Positions 27,901-41,602 of a stretch of 64,000 nucleotides of DNA are shown piece by piece. The position numbers were made by a program, and so were the translations under genes. The stretch is from Anaeramoeba ignava BMAN (lineage: Eukaryota > Protista > Anaeramoebae), in the NCBI GenBank assembly GCA_028826165.1, contig JAPDFW010000116.1, forward strand, positions 1-64,000. The letters are read 5' to 3'. Under the pieces are notes generated by a model, which ran no database searches, was not told the DNA's origin, and saw only the letters and a program-made list of their open reading frames with translations. Position 1 is the stretch's first letter; each line of letters opens with the position of its first letter.

Positions 27901-30900
27901 ACTTGCCTTTGTTGCAAAAAACTCTGAATCTTGTAAGTAATGGGATCAGAGACAATCCAAAAAATCTCCAGAAATTATTCTACACAAACGGTATTCTTGA
28001 TATTTCATTGGAGCTATTAAACGATATTGAAACAGGTCCTTTTCTTATTATTGATGTTCTTCATTTATATTTCCAACTTCTGAAGCGTAATTATGAATAT
28101 GTTGGGATTTTCCATGAGAAATTTGGAAAGGATGTTTTAAAACAGAAAATATTATTAATTACAAACAAAAATCCAGGTTCAGATGTGATGAATGCTCTTC
28201 TCAAATTTGCTTATAAACAATTCTGAATTTAATTTACAAAATAGTTATTTGATTCAAAATGAAAAAATTATTATGTTGTTGTTTGAACTTTATTCTGATT
28301 CAGAGAAAAATAATCTTTTTGAGGATTTGCTTGATATTTTCATCAAAATTTGTACAAAATCAATTCATAATTGTTTTTGTTGTTCCAAAGAATTGTTAAG
28401 TGAATTTTTATTGGATCTTTTCCCAACTTTTGTTTCCAAAGAAAAAATCCAACAGAAAATTGTAAACTTGATAACAGTTTTACTTTCTCGAAATTTAAAA
28501 ACATCCAATTTGAAAAGAATAATTTCGTTTCTACAACAATCCTCTTCGCTTAGAATCACCGATTTATTTGTGCAAGCATTAAAAATGATGACAAAAGTCT
28601 CATCTTATGAACCAAAATTCTTTTTTGATTTCAATGGAATCAATTCCAATCTCAATATTCAATCAAAAAGTAAATGGCCTCCATCAAGTGGATATTCTTT
28701 CTTAGGATGGATCCGTTTGGAATCATTTCCGCACAAAGGAAATCAAAAGAATGCAAAAGAACCCAAATTGACCATTTTTAGTTTTGATAATTCAAAATCG
28801 AAATTTAAGCTTTTTATCACAAAAAAGCAAGCCCCACATAAAATGGCCAAGGATAAGCATCAATTAAGTTCACACAACATTGAAGATCTTGAAGCAGTAG
28901 AAATGCAAAATGAGGAAACAATCTCAGTTTCTTTTAATTACACTGTTAAATTTAATAATACAAAAGAATCTTCAGCAATACAAACCGAAATTCCAATGAG
29001 AAAATGGATTTTCATTTCTTTGGTTCATAAATCATCCTTTTTATCTTCAAATGGAGATCTTAGTCTTTTTATTGATTCCAGAATGGTGAAAACCTTATCA
29101 CAAAGATATCCAAAAACATCCGAAATTGTACAAGCTCGAATAGGATCCAAAACTAATTTAAAACACTTCTTTTTTGGGCAAATGGGATCTATTTATTTAT
29201 TTAACAAAGCTCTCAAAGAAGAGCAAATTCATGCCATTTATTCCCTCAAACCAAATTATTCCTATTCATTTGTGCCAATAGAATGGGCATTTGATACTGA
29301 TCCAAATTTTGTTTCTTCAAAAATACTTTCAGAAAATTTAAATCGGAAATTGTTTCTTAAAATATCTGCTCAATATTGTAATCAAGATGTTTGTTATGAT
29401 TATAATGCCAAGACTAATTCATGTATTCAAAAAATGGAAATGGATCATGTTGTTATTATTAAAATTACAAATATTTTTGAAGGGATTTTCAAGATTGGAG
29501 GAGTTGTAACTATGCTTCCATTTTTTTTAAAATTTGACAATATGATAAATGAAAATTTAAATGAAAATTTAAATGAAAATTATAAATGAAAATTTAAAAG
29601 AAAATTTAAATGAAAATTTAAAAGAAAATATAAATGAAAATTTAAATGAAAATATAAATGAAAATGAAAATGAAAATTTAAAAGAAAATTTAAATGAAAA
29701 TGAAAATTTAAATGAAAATGAAAATGAAAATGAAAATTTAAATGAAAATTTAAATGAAAATGAAAATATAGATGAATACAGAAATCATCCTAATTTCTTC
29801 TCAAATTTATTCGATATGGTCATCTCCATTTTATTTGAAAGCAAAAAAAATCAGGAAAAATTCTTGAAAGATGGTGGATTTTCACTCATTTCATATATTT
29901 TTAAACAAGTTCATTCAAATCAAATTTCAGAACACATTTTCGACATACTGAAAAAATTAATTATAAACTCAGTAAATGGAACATTACTTTATGATATACT
30001 TGAAAATTTTCTGCTTGATTATAATCTCTGGATTTATTGCTCATTTAAAATACAGAATAATTTACTTGATTTCCTGAGATTCATTTTATTTTCACAAGTT
30101 CCAATCAATTTGAAAATACAGAAATTAATTGATATCATTAGTTTGTTTTTATGGATTGAACCAAAAGATATTTCTTGTCAACCCCAACAAATCAAAATCG
30201 ATCCAAAAACACAAAACGAACTTGGAAGAAGACCGAATAAGAAGGAACTATCGGATCTCCAGAAATCATTTTTCCATTTGATTATGCTGAAACTATCACA
30301 AAAATATTCACCTAATGATCTTCCAGCACTTATTTTTTATTGCATCACAGAAAAAGAAGAAGATTTTATTTTGGAAGTTATGGGACAAATCCGCTCAATT
30401 ATTATAAAAGACATGAAAAGCTTACTTTTTGATCTGAAGAAAATCAATTTTTTATATCCTTTTCTTTATTTACTTGATAATCCCAATGAGAAAATTAGGG
30501 ATATATGTCTTCATATAATTTTCGAGATTCATCTTTATATGATTGAAATGCAACAGAAGAAAACATCAACTTCAAAATCAGATCTAATAAAAGGAGTCAA
30601 GAATTATTTACAGAGCAATCCACAAAATAACAATATCAACATTAATATTCATCAAGAAATCAGAAATAGCACATTTGAAGCTGCTTTTGTTCAACAATCA
30701 ATATTAGTTTCTCCGAATAAATTTGAAGTTTTCCAAAATTTCTTGCTCAAATATGATTTAACAGACAAAATATCTCATCAATTATTTAATTTACTAACTT
30801 GCAAAATTCTATCTTATCACGACTTTGATAATTCAGACCAAGATTTAGAAATCAAAACACCTTTAATCTTGAAAACACTGTTTTATTTAATCAAGAAAAG

Positions 30901-33900
30901 TCCCAATAAAATCGGACTTGATTCTTTAAAAGCAATTGATTTATTATTTAGTAAAGATGAAAGAAATATCAAGGCGTTAATTGATCAGCAAGATTGGCCT
31001 GAATGGATATTAGCATGCTTTTTTTTCGAGAATGTTGATAGTTTCTTTGAAGAAGAAAAAGAACAAGATAAAGAAAAAGATAAAGAAAAAGATAAAGATA
31101 AAGAAAAAGAGTCCAAATTATATTTTGCAAATCAATCAATTATTAGTGAAAATTTTCAAGACCCTTTTTAGTTACATTTTCAACACAAAAATAAATGCTA
31201 TTATTGATATCCAGAAAACCCTTTTCCATCTCAAAAATATTGTATTCAGTGGTGTTTTAACAACACAATTTGAATGGAAATTTATATATATTTTATTCAA
31301 TAATTTGATTGAAGGGTTTTCGGATGTTGTTCATTTACAAAAGCAGAAAAACAACGAAACAAAGCGGAAAAGTGCGCAAAGAAAACAGGCAGAATTTGTG
31401 AATAAAAGTTCGCCTGATGATTATGTGATGATCTTGTCTTCTCATTATACAGGAAAGTTTTTCTACAACATACTTGATTTTATCAACTTAGTTTGCACTT
31501 TGTTGATTTTCAAAAACACTTCAATTACTAAAAAGCAATTAAAGCAAAATTCACAAGTTTATTTTTCTCTCAAAGAACAACAAGAAATTTCCTTTGAAAA
31601 AAACAAAACGAAAGAAAACACTCGATCTTCGTATGGAAACAACGATATTCTTCTCTTCGACAAATTATTGAAGTTTATTTACAAATATGACTTTGTTGAG
31701 TCAGGGATTCTTGTGAATGGAGAAGAAAAAACAAAACTAATTTTCCAAAACATATTGTTTTTCATGATGAATGGACTAATCCAAAAAAATCCGAATGTGA
31801 CTCAAAAATTTCTCGAGCAATTTTCCTATTTTTTTTCCTTAACAAATACAATGGAGTATTTCTATCAATGGCCAGTTAATACAATCATGATGATGCTTTC
31901 GTTTCTATTCCGAGTATTTTTCGAAAGCAATGAAGTAGAGGAAAAAGATACTGGCGATGACGGAAGTATCAAAAATACAGACTTTGTAGTTGCCTTGATT
32001 CAACTTCTTTTCCAAAAATCATATGAAAATTTGCAGATGCGTTTGAAAGATGATTCGGGAGACTCTTTATTGCCATCCAAATTTGAAAAATCGGAAATTC
32101 TGAAGAATTTTACGGGAATCACAAAGGTATTTGAGTCGGAACAGTGGATGAAGTGCATTAAAAATCAATTTGATGGGGAAGCAAAAAGTTTCAAGCAAAA
32201 TATCCGAAAATCAATCATTTTTTCAGTGGAGCAAATGGAGAAGGATTTCAGTCTTTTTCTTGAGAATTTCCGAGCAAATGCGTTCCAAAACACACCTCAA
32301 AAAGAGATTTACGAATGGGTTGCAATGGAGGAACAACAAGAAATGCAACGTATTCGTTTCTCTTACGTGAGTGAGAAGAGAAAATGCTTTGAAATTGCAA
32401 AACAAAGCTTGAAAATATCACGAGCATTGAAAAGCGAAATTGGAATTTGGAAACTCGACCAAAAACCAAACAAAATTTTTTGGAAATTGGATCGATCAGA
32501 AGACAACTCAAGAAGAAAAAGAAAATTGAAGCAAAATTATCATTTTGATCCTCATCTTGAGGCTTCAAAGAAAAATCTATTAGATACAACAGAAAATCCA
32601 ACAATGGATTCTCTTCTCCAAGCGCAAAAGGAGCATAAAAAACTGAATCAGAATATTTTTGGCAATTATGAAAAATATCCCAATGGAAAAAATGATATTC
32701 AAATTAATTTTGAGAATGAAATTCTTGTTTTCTCAGATAATAAATTGGGAACAATTCTCCATTCCGAAGTTTGCCAATTAATCGAAAGAATGGATGAAAT
32801 TGAAGGCAAACTTATTATCACTCCGCAAGAGTTGTATTTTATGGAAAATGCTGGAGAGAACAAGAAAAAAAAATCTAAAAAACACTCTTTATTTCACAAA
32901 AAATTCCAGCAAATAATGAAAATATGGAAAATAGAAAATATTCGGTTTATTATCAAGAGAAGATACACATTACAACAAACAGCTCTTGAGTTTTTTTTAA
33001 CAAACAACAAGAATTTCCTCATAAATTTCGATCTTGGAAGAAGAGAATTTATTCACGATGAAATTGTTCGTTTGAATCCGAAATGTAAATATGAATTTGA
33101 TACTGGAAATCCAAGATTGTGGCTCAAAGAGGCTCAATATACTGAGCAATGGCAGAATTTTCAGCTTTCGAATTTTGAGTATTTAATGAAACTGAATACG
33201 ATTTCAAATCGTTCTTATAATGATATTGCTCAATATCCTGTTTTTCCTTGGATTCTTTCAGATTATCATTCACAATCAATTGATTTAAAAGATCCAAAAA
33301 TATATCGGGATCTATCGAAGCCAATTGGAGCTTTGAATCCAGATAAATTAAAGAAATGTCAAGACCGGTTTAATGAGTGGCCAGATAATATTCAAGCGAT
33401 ACCACCTTTTCATTATGGATCTCATTATTCTACACCAGGTTAAAAAATAAAATTCATTTATAAAAATTAAAAATAAAATTAAAATCAAAATTAAAATTAA
33501 AATTAAAATTAAAATCAAAATTAATAAAAATTAAAATTAAAATTAAAATTAAAATTCATTTTAAAAATAAAATCAAAATAATTAAAATTAAAATTAAAAT
33601 TCATTTATAAAAATTAAAATCAAAATTAAAATTAAAATTAAAATTCATTTATAAAATTAAAATTAAACTTAAAATTAAAATTAAAATTAAAATTAAAATT
33701 AAAATTAAAATTAAAATTAAAATCAAAATTAAAATTCATTTTAAAATTAAAATCAAAATTAAAATTAAAATTAAAATTAAAATTAAAATTAAAATTAAAA
33801 TTAAAATTAAAATTAAAATTAAAATTAAAATTAAAATTAAAATTAAAATTAAAATTAAAATTAAAATTAAAATTAAAATTAAAATTAAAATTAAAATTAA

Positions 33901-35923
33901 AATTAAAATTCATTTTAAAATTAAAATTAAAATTAAAATTAAAATTAAAATTAAAATTAAAATTAAAATTAAAATTAAAATTAAAATTAAAATTAAAATC
34001 CATTTATAAAAATTAAAAATCAAAATTAAAAATAAAATCAAAATTAAAATCAAAATTAAAATTAAAATTAAAATCAAAATTAAAATTCATTTTAAAATTA
34101 AAATTAAAATTAAAATTAAAATTAAAATTAAAATTAAAATTAAAATTAAAATTAAAATTAAAATTAAAATTAAAATTAAAATCAAAATTAAAATTAAAAT
34201 TAAAATTCATTTTAAAATTAAAATTATAGGAAGTATTTTATACTACTTAATTAGACTAGAACCATTTACTTCCCTCTCAATTCAAGTGCATGACGGTAAA
34301 TTCGATCATTCAAACAGAATATTTGGCTCAATTCCTTCAACTTGGGAAATTTTAATGGATCCATCTTCAAGTGATGTTAAAGAATTGATCCCAGAATTTT
34401 TTTATCTTCCTGAATTTTTATACAATTCAAACAAATTTGATTTGGGAGCAAAACTCTCATCAAACGACAAAATAAACGATTGTGAATTGCCCAAATGGGC
34501 GAAATCAATAGAAGAATTTATCCAAATACATCAAAAGGCACTTGAAAGTGAATATGTTTCAGATCATCTTAACGAATGGATAGATTTGATATTTGGATAC
34601 AAACAAAAAGGAAAAAATGCAATTGAAGCAAACAATGTGTTTTATTATATTGCATATGAGGATATTTTAAAGAAAAACATTGAGCCAGATGAACTGCAAA
34701 ATGCTTTATCACAAACAAAAGTGTTTGGACAAGTTCCTTCGCAATTGTTTAGAAAACCGCATCCAAAACGGCTTTCTTTGCAGGAAGTCATAAGAAGAAA
34801 TAATGATCAGGCAATATTTTGGAGAATGAGGGATTTAAAAGCAACAAAATCTTATTCATTATCACTTGTGGATTTTGAAATATCCTTTTTATCATTATCA
34901 AAACTACCCCAAGTTTCAAATTTGGAAGATACGAATTTCAAACTTATTTTGATCACAAAGGAAAAATCCATTTTCACTTTTATCATGTCTTTTAGTAATT
35001 CGGACGTTTTAATCGAACAAGAAAAAATCAAAAATAATTCATTAGAAAATGCAGAAAAAAAAATGGAGGAAAAACAACTTCATAATTCGAGACCATTTGT
35101 GGTCACGAAAGAAAAGAGTTCTTCTACAAAAAGAAAAATCAATGGGTTGTTTGACGATTCGTTGAGAAAAAACTACAAGGTTTTTGATATGACAAAGGAT
35201 CAAAATTTAGTATTTTCTGGATTTTATACGGACAATAGTTTCAAATTGTTCCGATTCAATGGATTATCATTGATTCAAAGTGTAGTTTATCATACGGATA
35301 TTGTGACTTGTTTGAAATATGATTCCGGGTTTCTTGTGACAGGCTCGAAAGACACAACAGCAATTATCTGGGAAATTGACGAAACAAATTTATCAATCAA
35401 TAAAAAACCGAAACACATTCTTTTTGGAAATGATAGTGAAATTACTTCAATTGATATTGCTGTCAATCTTGACATTATTGTCACTGGTTCAAAAAATGGG
35501 AAAGGTCTTATTTATACACTTTCAACTGGCAAATATGTTAATACTTTTATTCAAGATCATTCAATATCCGTTTCTTTAGTTAAAATTTCAAATGATGGAC
35601 ATATTATTATTTTTACTGAACCTGATAATAATTTATGTTTATTTACAATCAATTCAAAATTACTTTATAAGAAAAAAGTTAAAAGAAAAATTGTTTGTTT
35701 GGAATTTACAAAAGATTCCGATTTCTTTGTTTTTGGGACTTTGGAAGGAAATTTGGAGATTAGGAGTCTTGTAAATTTGAAAGAACTTTATTGTTTGAAT
35801 TTAAAAGAAACGATTACTTCCTTATTTTTTATTCCAAATGAACAATTTCTTATTGCTGGTTCTTCTTCAGGAAAAATTTATGTTCTTCAATTTTTCTTTA
35901 ATTTTTTAATTGAAAGCAATTAA
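24943..35923 (+). CDS. Neurobeachin/LRBA-type BEACH protein (ConA-like, ARM, PH, BEACH, WD40); multi-exon; three +1 frameshifts
   Basis: FFDFNG..KWPPSSGYSFLGWIRLE (ConA-like); FWKLDRSEDNSRRKRKL; RRYTLQQTALEFF (PH); SNFEYLMKLNTISNRSYNDIAQYPVFPW, HYGSHYS, DVKELIPEFFY, WIDLIFGYKQ and FGQVPSQLF (BEACH); VTGSKDTTAIIW (WD40). Several short 5' introns and a repeat-filled intron at 33439-34229. Confidence 0.92.
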
Positions 35924-35924
35924 A

Positions 35925-36815
35925 TTTAAAACATTTAAAACAGAAATTAAATTTAAAACAGAAATTAAATTTAAAACATAAATTAAATTTAAAACAGAAA
36001 TTAAATTTAAAACAGAAATTAAATTTAAAACAGAAATTAAATTTAAAACAGAAATTAAATTTAAAACAATTTAAAACAATTTAAAACAGAAATTAAATTT
36101 AAAACAGAAATTAAATTTAAAACAGAAATTAAATTTAAAACACAAATTAAATTTAAAATAGAAATTAAATTTAAAACAGAAATTAAATTTAAAACATAAA
36201 TTAAATTTAAAGCACAAATTAAATTTAAAACAAAAATTAAATTTAAAACAATTTAAAACAATTTAAAACAATTTAAAACATTTTGGAAATTAAATTTAAA
36301 ACAAAAATTAAATTTAAAACAGAAATTAAATTTAAAACATTTTAAAACAATTTAAAACAGAAATTAAATTTAAAACAGAAATTAAATTTAAAACAGAAAT
36401 TAAATTTAAAACACAAATTAAATTTAAAACAATTTAAAACAATTTAAAACGGAAATTAAATTTAAAATAGAAATTAAATTTAAAACATAAATTAAATTTA
36501 AAACAGAAATTAAATTTAAAACAATTTAAAACAGAAATTAAATTTAAAACAGGAATTAAATTTAAAACAGAAATTAAATTTAAAACACAAATTAAATTTA
36601 AAACAGAAATTAAATTTAAAACAGAAATTAAATTTAAAACATAAATTAAATTTAAAACATAAATTAAATTTAAAACAATTTAAAACAAAAATTAAATTTA
36701 AAACACAAATTAAATTTAAAACAGAAATTAAATTTAAAGCACAAATTAAATTTAAAACAAAAATTAAATTTAAAATAGAAATTAAATTTAAAACATAAAT
36801 TAAATTTAAAACAAT
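35925..36815. repeat. ~18-bp minisatellite (AAATTAAATTTAAAACAG)n, intergenic
   Basis: Directly visible tandem array, with 10-bp AATTTAAAAC variants, between the BEACH stop and MAD1. Confidence 0.9.
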
Positions 36816-37009
36816 TGAATTGGAAATTAATTTAAATTAAATTGAAAAAAGAAATTGAAAAGAAAATTGAATTTCGGAAAAATTTTTCTTATTGAAAAAG
36901 AAAAGCAAAAAAAATTAATTAATAAATTAAAAAAACTTTTTTTTATTTACAAAAAAATTTTTTTTCATTTTTTTCCTTTTTATTTTATTTTTAAAATTCA
37001 AAATAAAAA

Positions 37010-38337
37010 ATGATTTTTACAGAAAAAAATCAAAACAAAAAAAATAAAAACAAAAATACAAAAAATCAAATAATTTCAACACCAAGTCATTTATTAATAA
37101 AAAATTTAACAAAAAACAAAGAAAAAAAAACATTAAAAACTCCATTTGAAGAAAGAAAGCATTTAAAATCTTCAAATTTATCTGCTTATAAATATATGAA
37201 TCCTGATCAAAAAACAGAAAAATTTGAAGAAAAAAGAATAAAATTTTCAGAACAAAAACAAGAATTTCAACCTCATTCATTATTTTCTCAAAATAAATTG
37301 ACAAATTTCGAAAAAAATGAAAAAAATGTTAAATTGGATTCTTCAATAAAAAATACTCCTTATAGAAGAATATTAAGTTCTCATAAAAATAAAAATCCAA
37401 ATAATAATAATAATAATAATCCAAATGAAAAATTTATTTCTGAAAATGAATTTCAACAAAAAATCAAGTTTTTTCAAAATAAAATTGATCAACTTAATCA
37501 AAATAATAAAATTCTTCAAAAAGAATTAGAAAATCAAAAATTATCATTTGAAAAGGAAAAAAACAATTTATTGTTGGATTTAAAAAATTGGCAAGAAAAA
37601 TCAAGAAAATATGAAATGGAAATTGAAAATTTAAAACAAGATGAAAATTTAAAACAAAAAAATCAAAATCTTAATCAAAATATTGATGAATTAGAAACAA
37701 AACTTGCTCAATATGAATCAAGAATTACAAGAGGAGAATTAAATTCAACAACAATAAAGATTCTTCATTTTATTAAAAATCCAGAATTTCTTACTTTTCA
37801 AAAAAAAGAAAAATATCATAAAAATGAAAATCAAAATGAAAATGAAAATGAAAATGAAAATGAAATGAAAATCTAAATCAAAATCAAAATCAAAATCAAA
37901 ATCAAAATCAAAATCAAAAGAAAAATCAAAAGAAAAAGAAGAACAAAAATAAAAATAAAATTGAAAAGAAAAATCAAACAAAATCACTTCAACAATTAGA
38001 AGAAGAATTAGAACTAAATCAAATTCGTTTGGATCGTTTGAAAAAAATGTTCAAACAAAAAATTCAAGAATTTAGAGAAGCTTGTTATGTTTTATTTGGA
38101 TTTAGAATTGATATGATTGGTCAACAATTTAAATTAAAATCAATGTTTGCTGAAAAACCAAGTGATACATTATTATTCTCAAAACAAGATGATGATGAAT
38201 TTATTCTTTTGGAAAATGAATACTCAAAATCACTTAGTAAAGAAATTCATGCTTTTTTAACAACATGTCATTCAATTCCTGCTTTTTTAAGTCATTTAAC
38301 ATTAGATTTATTTAATAATCAAACTTATTTGAATTAA
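37010..38337 (+). CDS. MAD1L1: Spindle checkpoint protein MAD1 (short form); one-base deletion near 37864
   Basis: MAD2-interacting motif TTIKILHFIKNP, then RLKKMFKQKIQEFREACYVLFGFRID (RLK motif) and SIPAFLSHLTLDLF at the C-terminus. Adding one A at about 37864 joins the two ORFs. Confidence 0.88.
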
Positions 38338-38382
38338 AATAAAACTAAAAGAAAATAAATAATAAATTGTTTTGATTTTGAT

Positions 38383-41233
38383 TTATTTTTTGGATTTGTA
38401 TTTAGTGACTAAACCAATTCCTACTAAGCAAATTAAAGAAACTAAATGATTTCCTGAAAAATGAAAAGATGTAAAATTTTCATTTTGATTTTCATTTTGA
38501 TTTTCTTTTAAATTTCCTTTTAAATTTTCTTTTTCAATTTTTTTCAAATTTTCTTCTTCTTCTTTTATTTCTTTGTTTATTAAATTTTCTAAATCTTCTG
38601 GTATTTCAATTTCTGGATCTATTTTTCTGGCTTTATCTAAATATTCTTTTGCTTTTTTGATATTTTTCTTTATTCCTCTTCCAAATAAATACATAACACA
38701 AAGATTTTTCATTGCTTCACTATTTAAATCAAATTCACTTGAATATTCCCAAAATTCAACAGCAAATTCATCACTTTTTTGAATTCCAAATCCTTAAAAA
38801 AAAAAAAGTGGAACAGAAAATTTTTTAAATAAAATTTCTTTTGATTCCTTTTTGTTTTGTTTTGTTTTGTTTTGTTTTGTTTTGTTTTGTTTTGTTTTTA
38901 AATTGAATCAAACCTCCTTCAAAATATAAATGTCCTAAATTTAAAGCTGCTAATGGATATCCATTTTGTTTTGCCAATTTATAATATTTTTCAGCTTGAA
39001 GGAAATTTTTCTCACAAATTTCTCCAAAATGATAATTAATTCCAATCTAATTTAAAAAAAAAACAATTTAAAAATTTGATAATGATTTAATATCATTCAA
39101 ATACCATAAATTGTGCTAAAGAATTGTTTTTTTTGGCAAGTGATTCCCAAAATTGAAAAGCTTTTTGAAGATCTGGTTGAATATTATAAACTTCTGAACC
39201 ATGTGTATAAATTGAACCAAGTCTTTCTATTGCTGGTAAATTTTGTTTTTCAACACTTTTAACAAGTAATTCATATGATTTTTCAATTTCTCCTTGTGTC
39301 AGAAGGAATTGTGAAAGAATAAATCTTTAAAACAAATTTTAATTTTAATTTTTATTTTTAATTTCATTTCAATTTCATTTTAATTTTAATTCGATTTTAT
39401 TTCAATTTTATTTCAATTTTAATTTCAATTTTATTTTAATTTTATTTCAATTTTAATTTTAATTTTATTTCAATTTTAATTTCATTTCAATTTCAATTTC
39501 AATTTTATTTCAATTTTATTTCAATTTCAATTCAATTTTATTTTATTTCAATTTTAATTTTAATTTTAATTTTAATTTTAATTTTAATTTCATTTCAATT
39601 TCATTTCAATTTTAATTTCATTTCAATTTTAATTTTATTTCAATTTTATTTCAATTTTAATTTTAATTTTAATTTTAATTTTAATTTCAATTTTATTTCA
39701 ATTTTATTTTAATTTTAATCCAATTTTATTTTATTTCAATTTTATTTTCAATTTTATTTTCAATTTTAATTTCAATTTTAATTTCAATTTTAATTTCAAT
39801 TTTATTTCAATTTTATTCCAATTTTATTTCAATTTTATTTTAATTTCAATTTTAATTTTATTTCAATTTCAATTTCAATTTTAATTTTAATTTTAATTTA
39901 ATTTCTATTTCAATTTCTATTTTAATTTCAATTTTAATTTCAATTTTAATTTCAATTTTAATTTCAATTTTAATTTTATTTCAATTTTATTTCAATTTTA
40001 ATTTCAATTTTAATTCAATTTTATTTCAATTTTATTTTAATTTATTTCAATTTATTTCAATTTCAATTTTAATTTTAATTTTAATTTTAATTTCAATTTT
40101 AATTTTATTTCAATTTCATTCCAATTTTAATTTAATTTTATTTTAATTTCATTTCAATTTTATTTCAATTTTATTTCAATTTTATTTCAATTTTATTTTA
40201 ATTTTATTTTTAATTTTATTTCAATTTTAATTTTAATTTTATTTCAATTTTAATTTCATTTCAATTTTAATTCAATTTTAATTCAATTTTATTTCAATTT
40301 TATTTCAATTTTATTTCAATTTTAATTTCCAATTTTAATTTCAATTTTATTTTTAATTTTAATTTTATTTCAATTTTATTTTAATTTTATTTTAATTTCA
40401 ATTTTAATTTTATTTCAATTTTTAATTTCAATTTTAATTTTAATTTTAATTCAATTTTATTTCAATTTCAATTTTAATTTTAATTTTATTTTAATTTTAT
40501 TTTAATTTTAATTTTATTTTTAATTTTAATTTTATTTCAATTTTATTTCAATTTTATTTCAATTTTATTTCAATTTTATTTTTAATTTTAATTTTAATTT
40601 TATTTCAATTTTAATTTTATTTCAATTTCTATTTCAATTTCAATTTCAATTTTATTTCAATTTTAATTTCAATTTTATTTCAATTTTATTTCAATTTTAA
40701 TTTCATTTTAATTTTAATTTTAATTTTAATTTTAATTTTAATTTTAATTTATTTTCAATTTTATTTTAATTTTATTTTAATTTTATTTCAATTTTATTTC
40801 AATTTTATTTCAATTTCAATTTTCAATTTTAATTTCAATTTTATTTCAATTTTAATTTTAATTTCAATTTTAATTTTAATTTTAATTTCAATTTTATTTC
40901 AATTTCAAATTAATTCCAAATTAAAATAAAATTGTTCCTGTTTTACTGAGAATGTGAATCAATCTCTCCAGAAAGTTCTGAAATGATTAATACAGGCCAA
41001 ATCTTTGATTCTTTTTTTATTAATTTTATAATCATTATTGTTGAATTTTGAATTGATTGAATAAAAGAAATTTCATGTTTATCAATTTTTGCAAATAATT
41101 TTCCTTTAATTAACATCTCATTTTTTGTTTTAACAATAATCGTTGATTCTGTAATTGAAACTTCTGGTTTTTCATTTTGAAAAATATCTAAAAAGATTTC
41201 AATTTCAATTTCATTTTGTTGAAATGAATACAT
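38383..41233 (-). CDS. CS/Hsp20-like domain + SEL1/TPR-like repeats + C-terminal tail anchor (4 exons)
   Basis: Exon 1 (41233-40947): YSFQQN..LIKGKLFAKID..IKLIKKESKIWPVL, a CS/NudC-like fold. Intron 40946-39325. Later exons give AIERLGSIYTHG..DLQKAFQFW, IGINYHFG..AEKYYKLA, AALNLGHLYFEG and AMKNLCVMYLFGRGIKKNIKKAKEYL (SEL1 repeats). The protein ends HLVSLICLVGIGLVTKYKSKK. Confidence 0.8.
39330..40915. repeat. Degenerate intronic microsatellite (TTTCAA/TTTTAA/TTTTATTTCAA)n
   Basis: Fills the 1.6-kb first intron of the CS-SEL1 gene. Confidence 0.9.
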
Positions 41234-41376
41234 TAATAAAAAAAATAAATGAAAATAAAAAAATGAAAAAAATAAATTTTGTTTTTTTTTTATTTAATTT
41301 TTATTTTAAAAAAAAATTTGAATAATTTTCTTTTTTTTGTTTAATTTGTTTTCTTCTTTTTTTTTTGCTTTTTTTT

Positions 41377-41437
41377 TTTTTGATTTCAAGAATTTCCATT
41401 CATTTCTGATTTGTGGAAAAACTTTCATTTTCAAAAA
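41377..41437 (-). promoter_or_regulatory. Eukaryotic type II SECIS element
   Basis: Minus strand reads UUUUUGA-AA-AUGA-A-AGUUUUUCCA-C-AAA-UCA-GAAA-UGA-A-UGGAAAUUCU-UGA-AA-UCAAAAA. This gives helix I, an AUGA/GA core, a 10-bp helix II with two U.U mismatches, an apical AAA and a GAAA-capped mini-helix. It lies about 200 nt downstream of an in-frame UGA. Folded by hand. Confidence 0.8.
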
Positions 41438-41602
41438 GAAAGAAAACAAGAAAAAAGAAGAAAGAAAGAAAGAAAGAAAGAAAAAAGTTTGTTTTAAATT
41501 TTGAATTAAATTTTGAATTAAATCTTAAATTAAATTTTGAATTAAATCTTGAATTGAATCTTAAATTGAATTTTGAATTAAATCTTGAATTGAATTTTGT
41601 TT

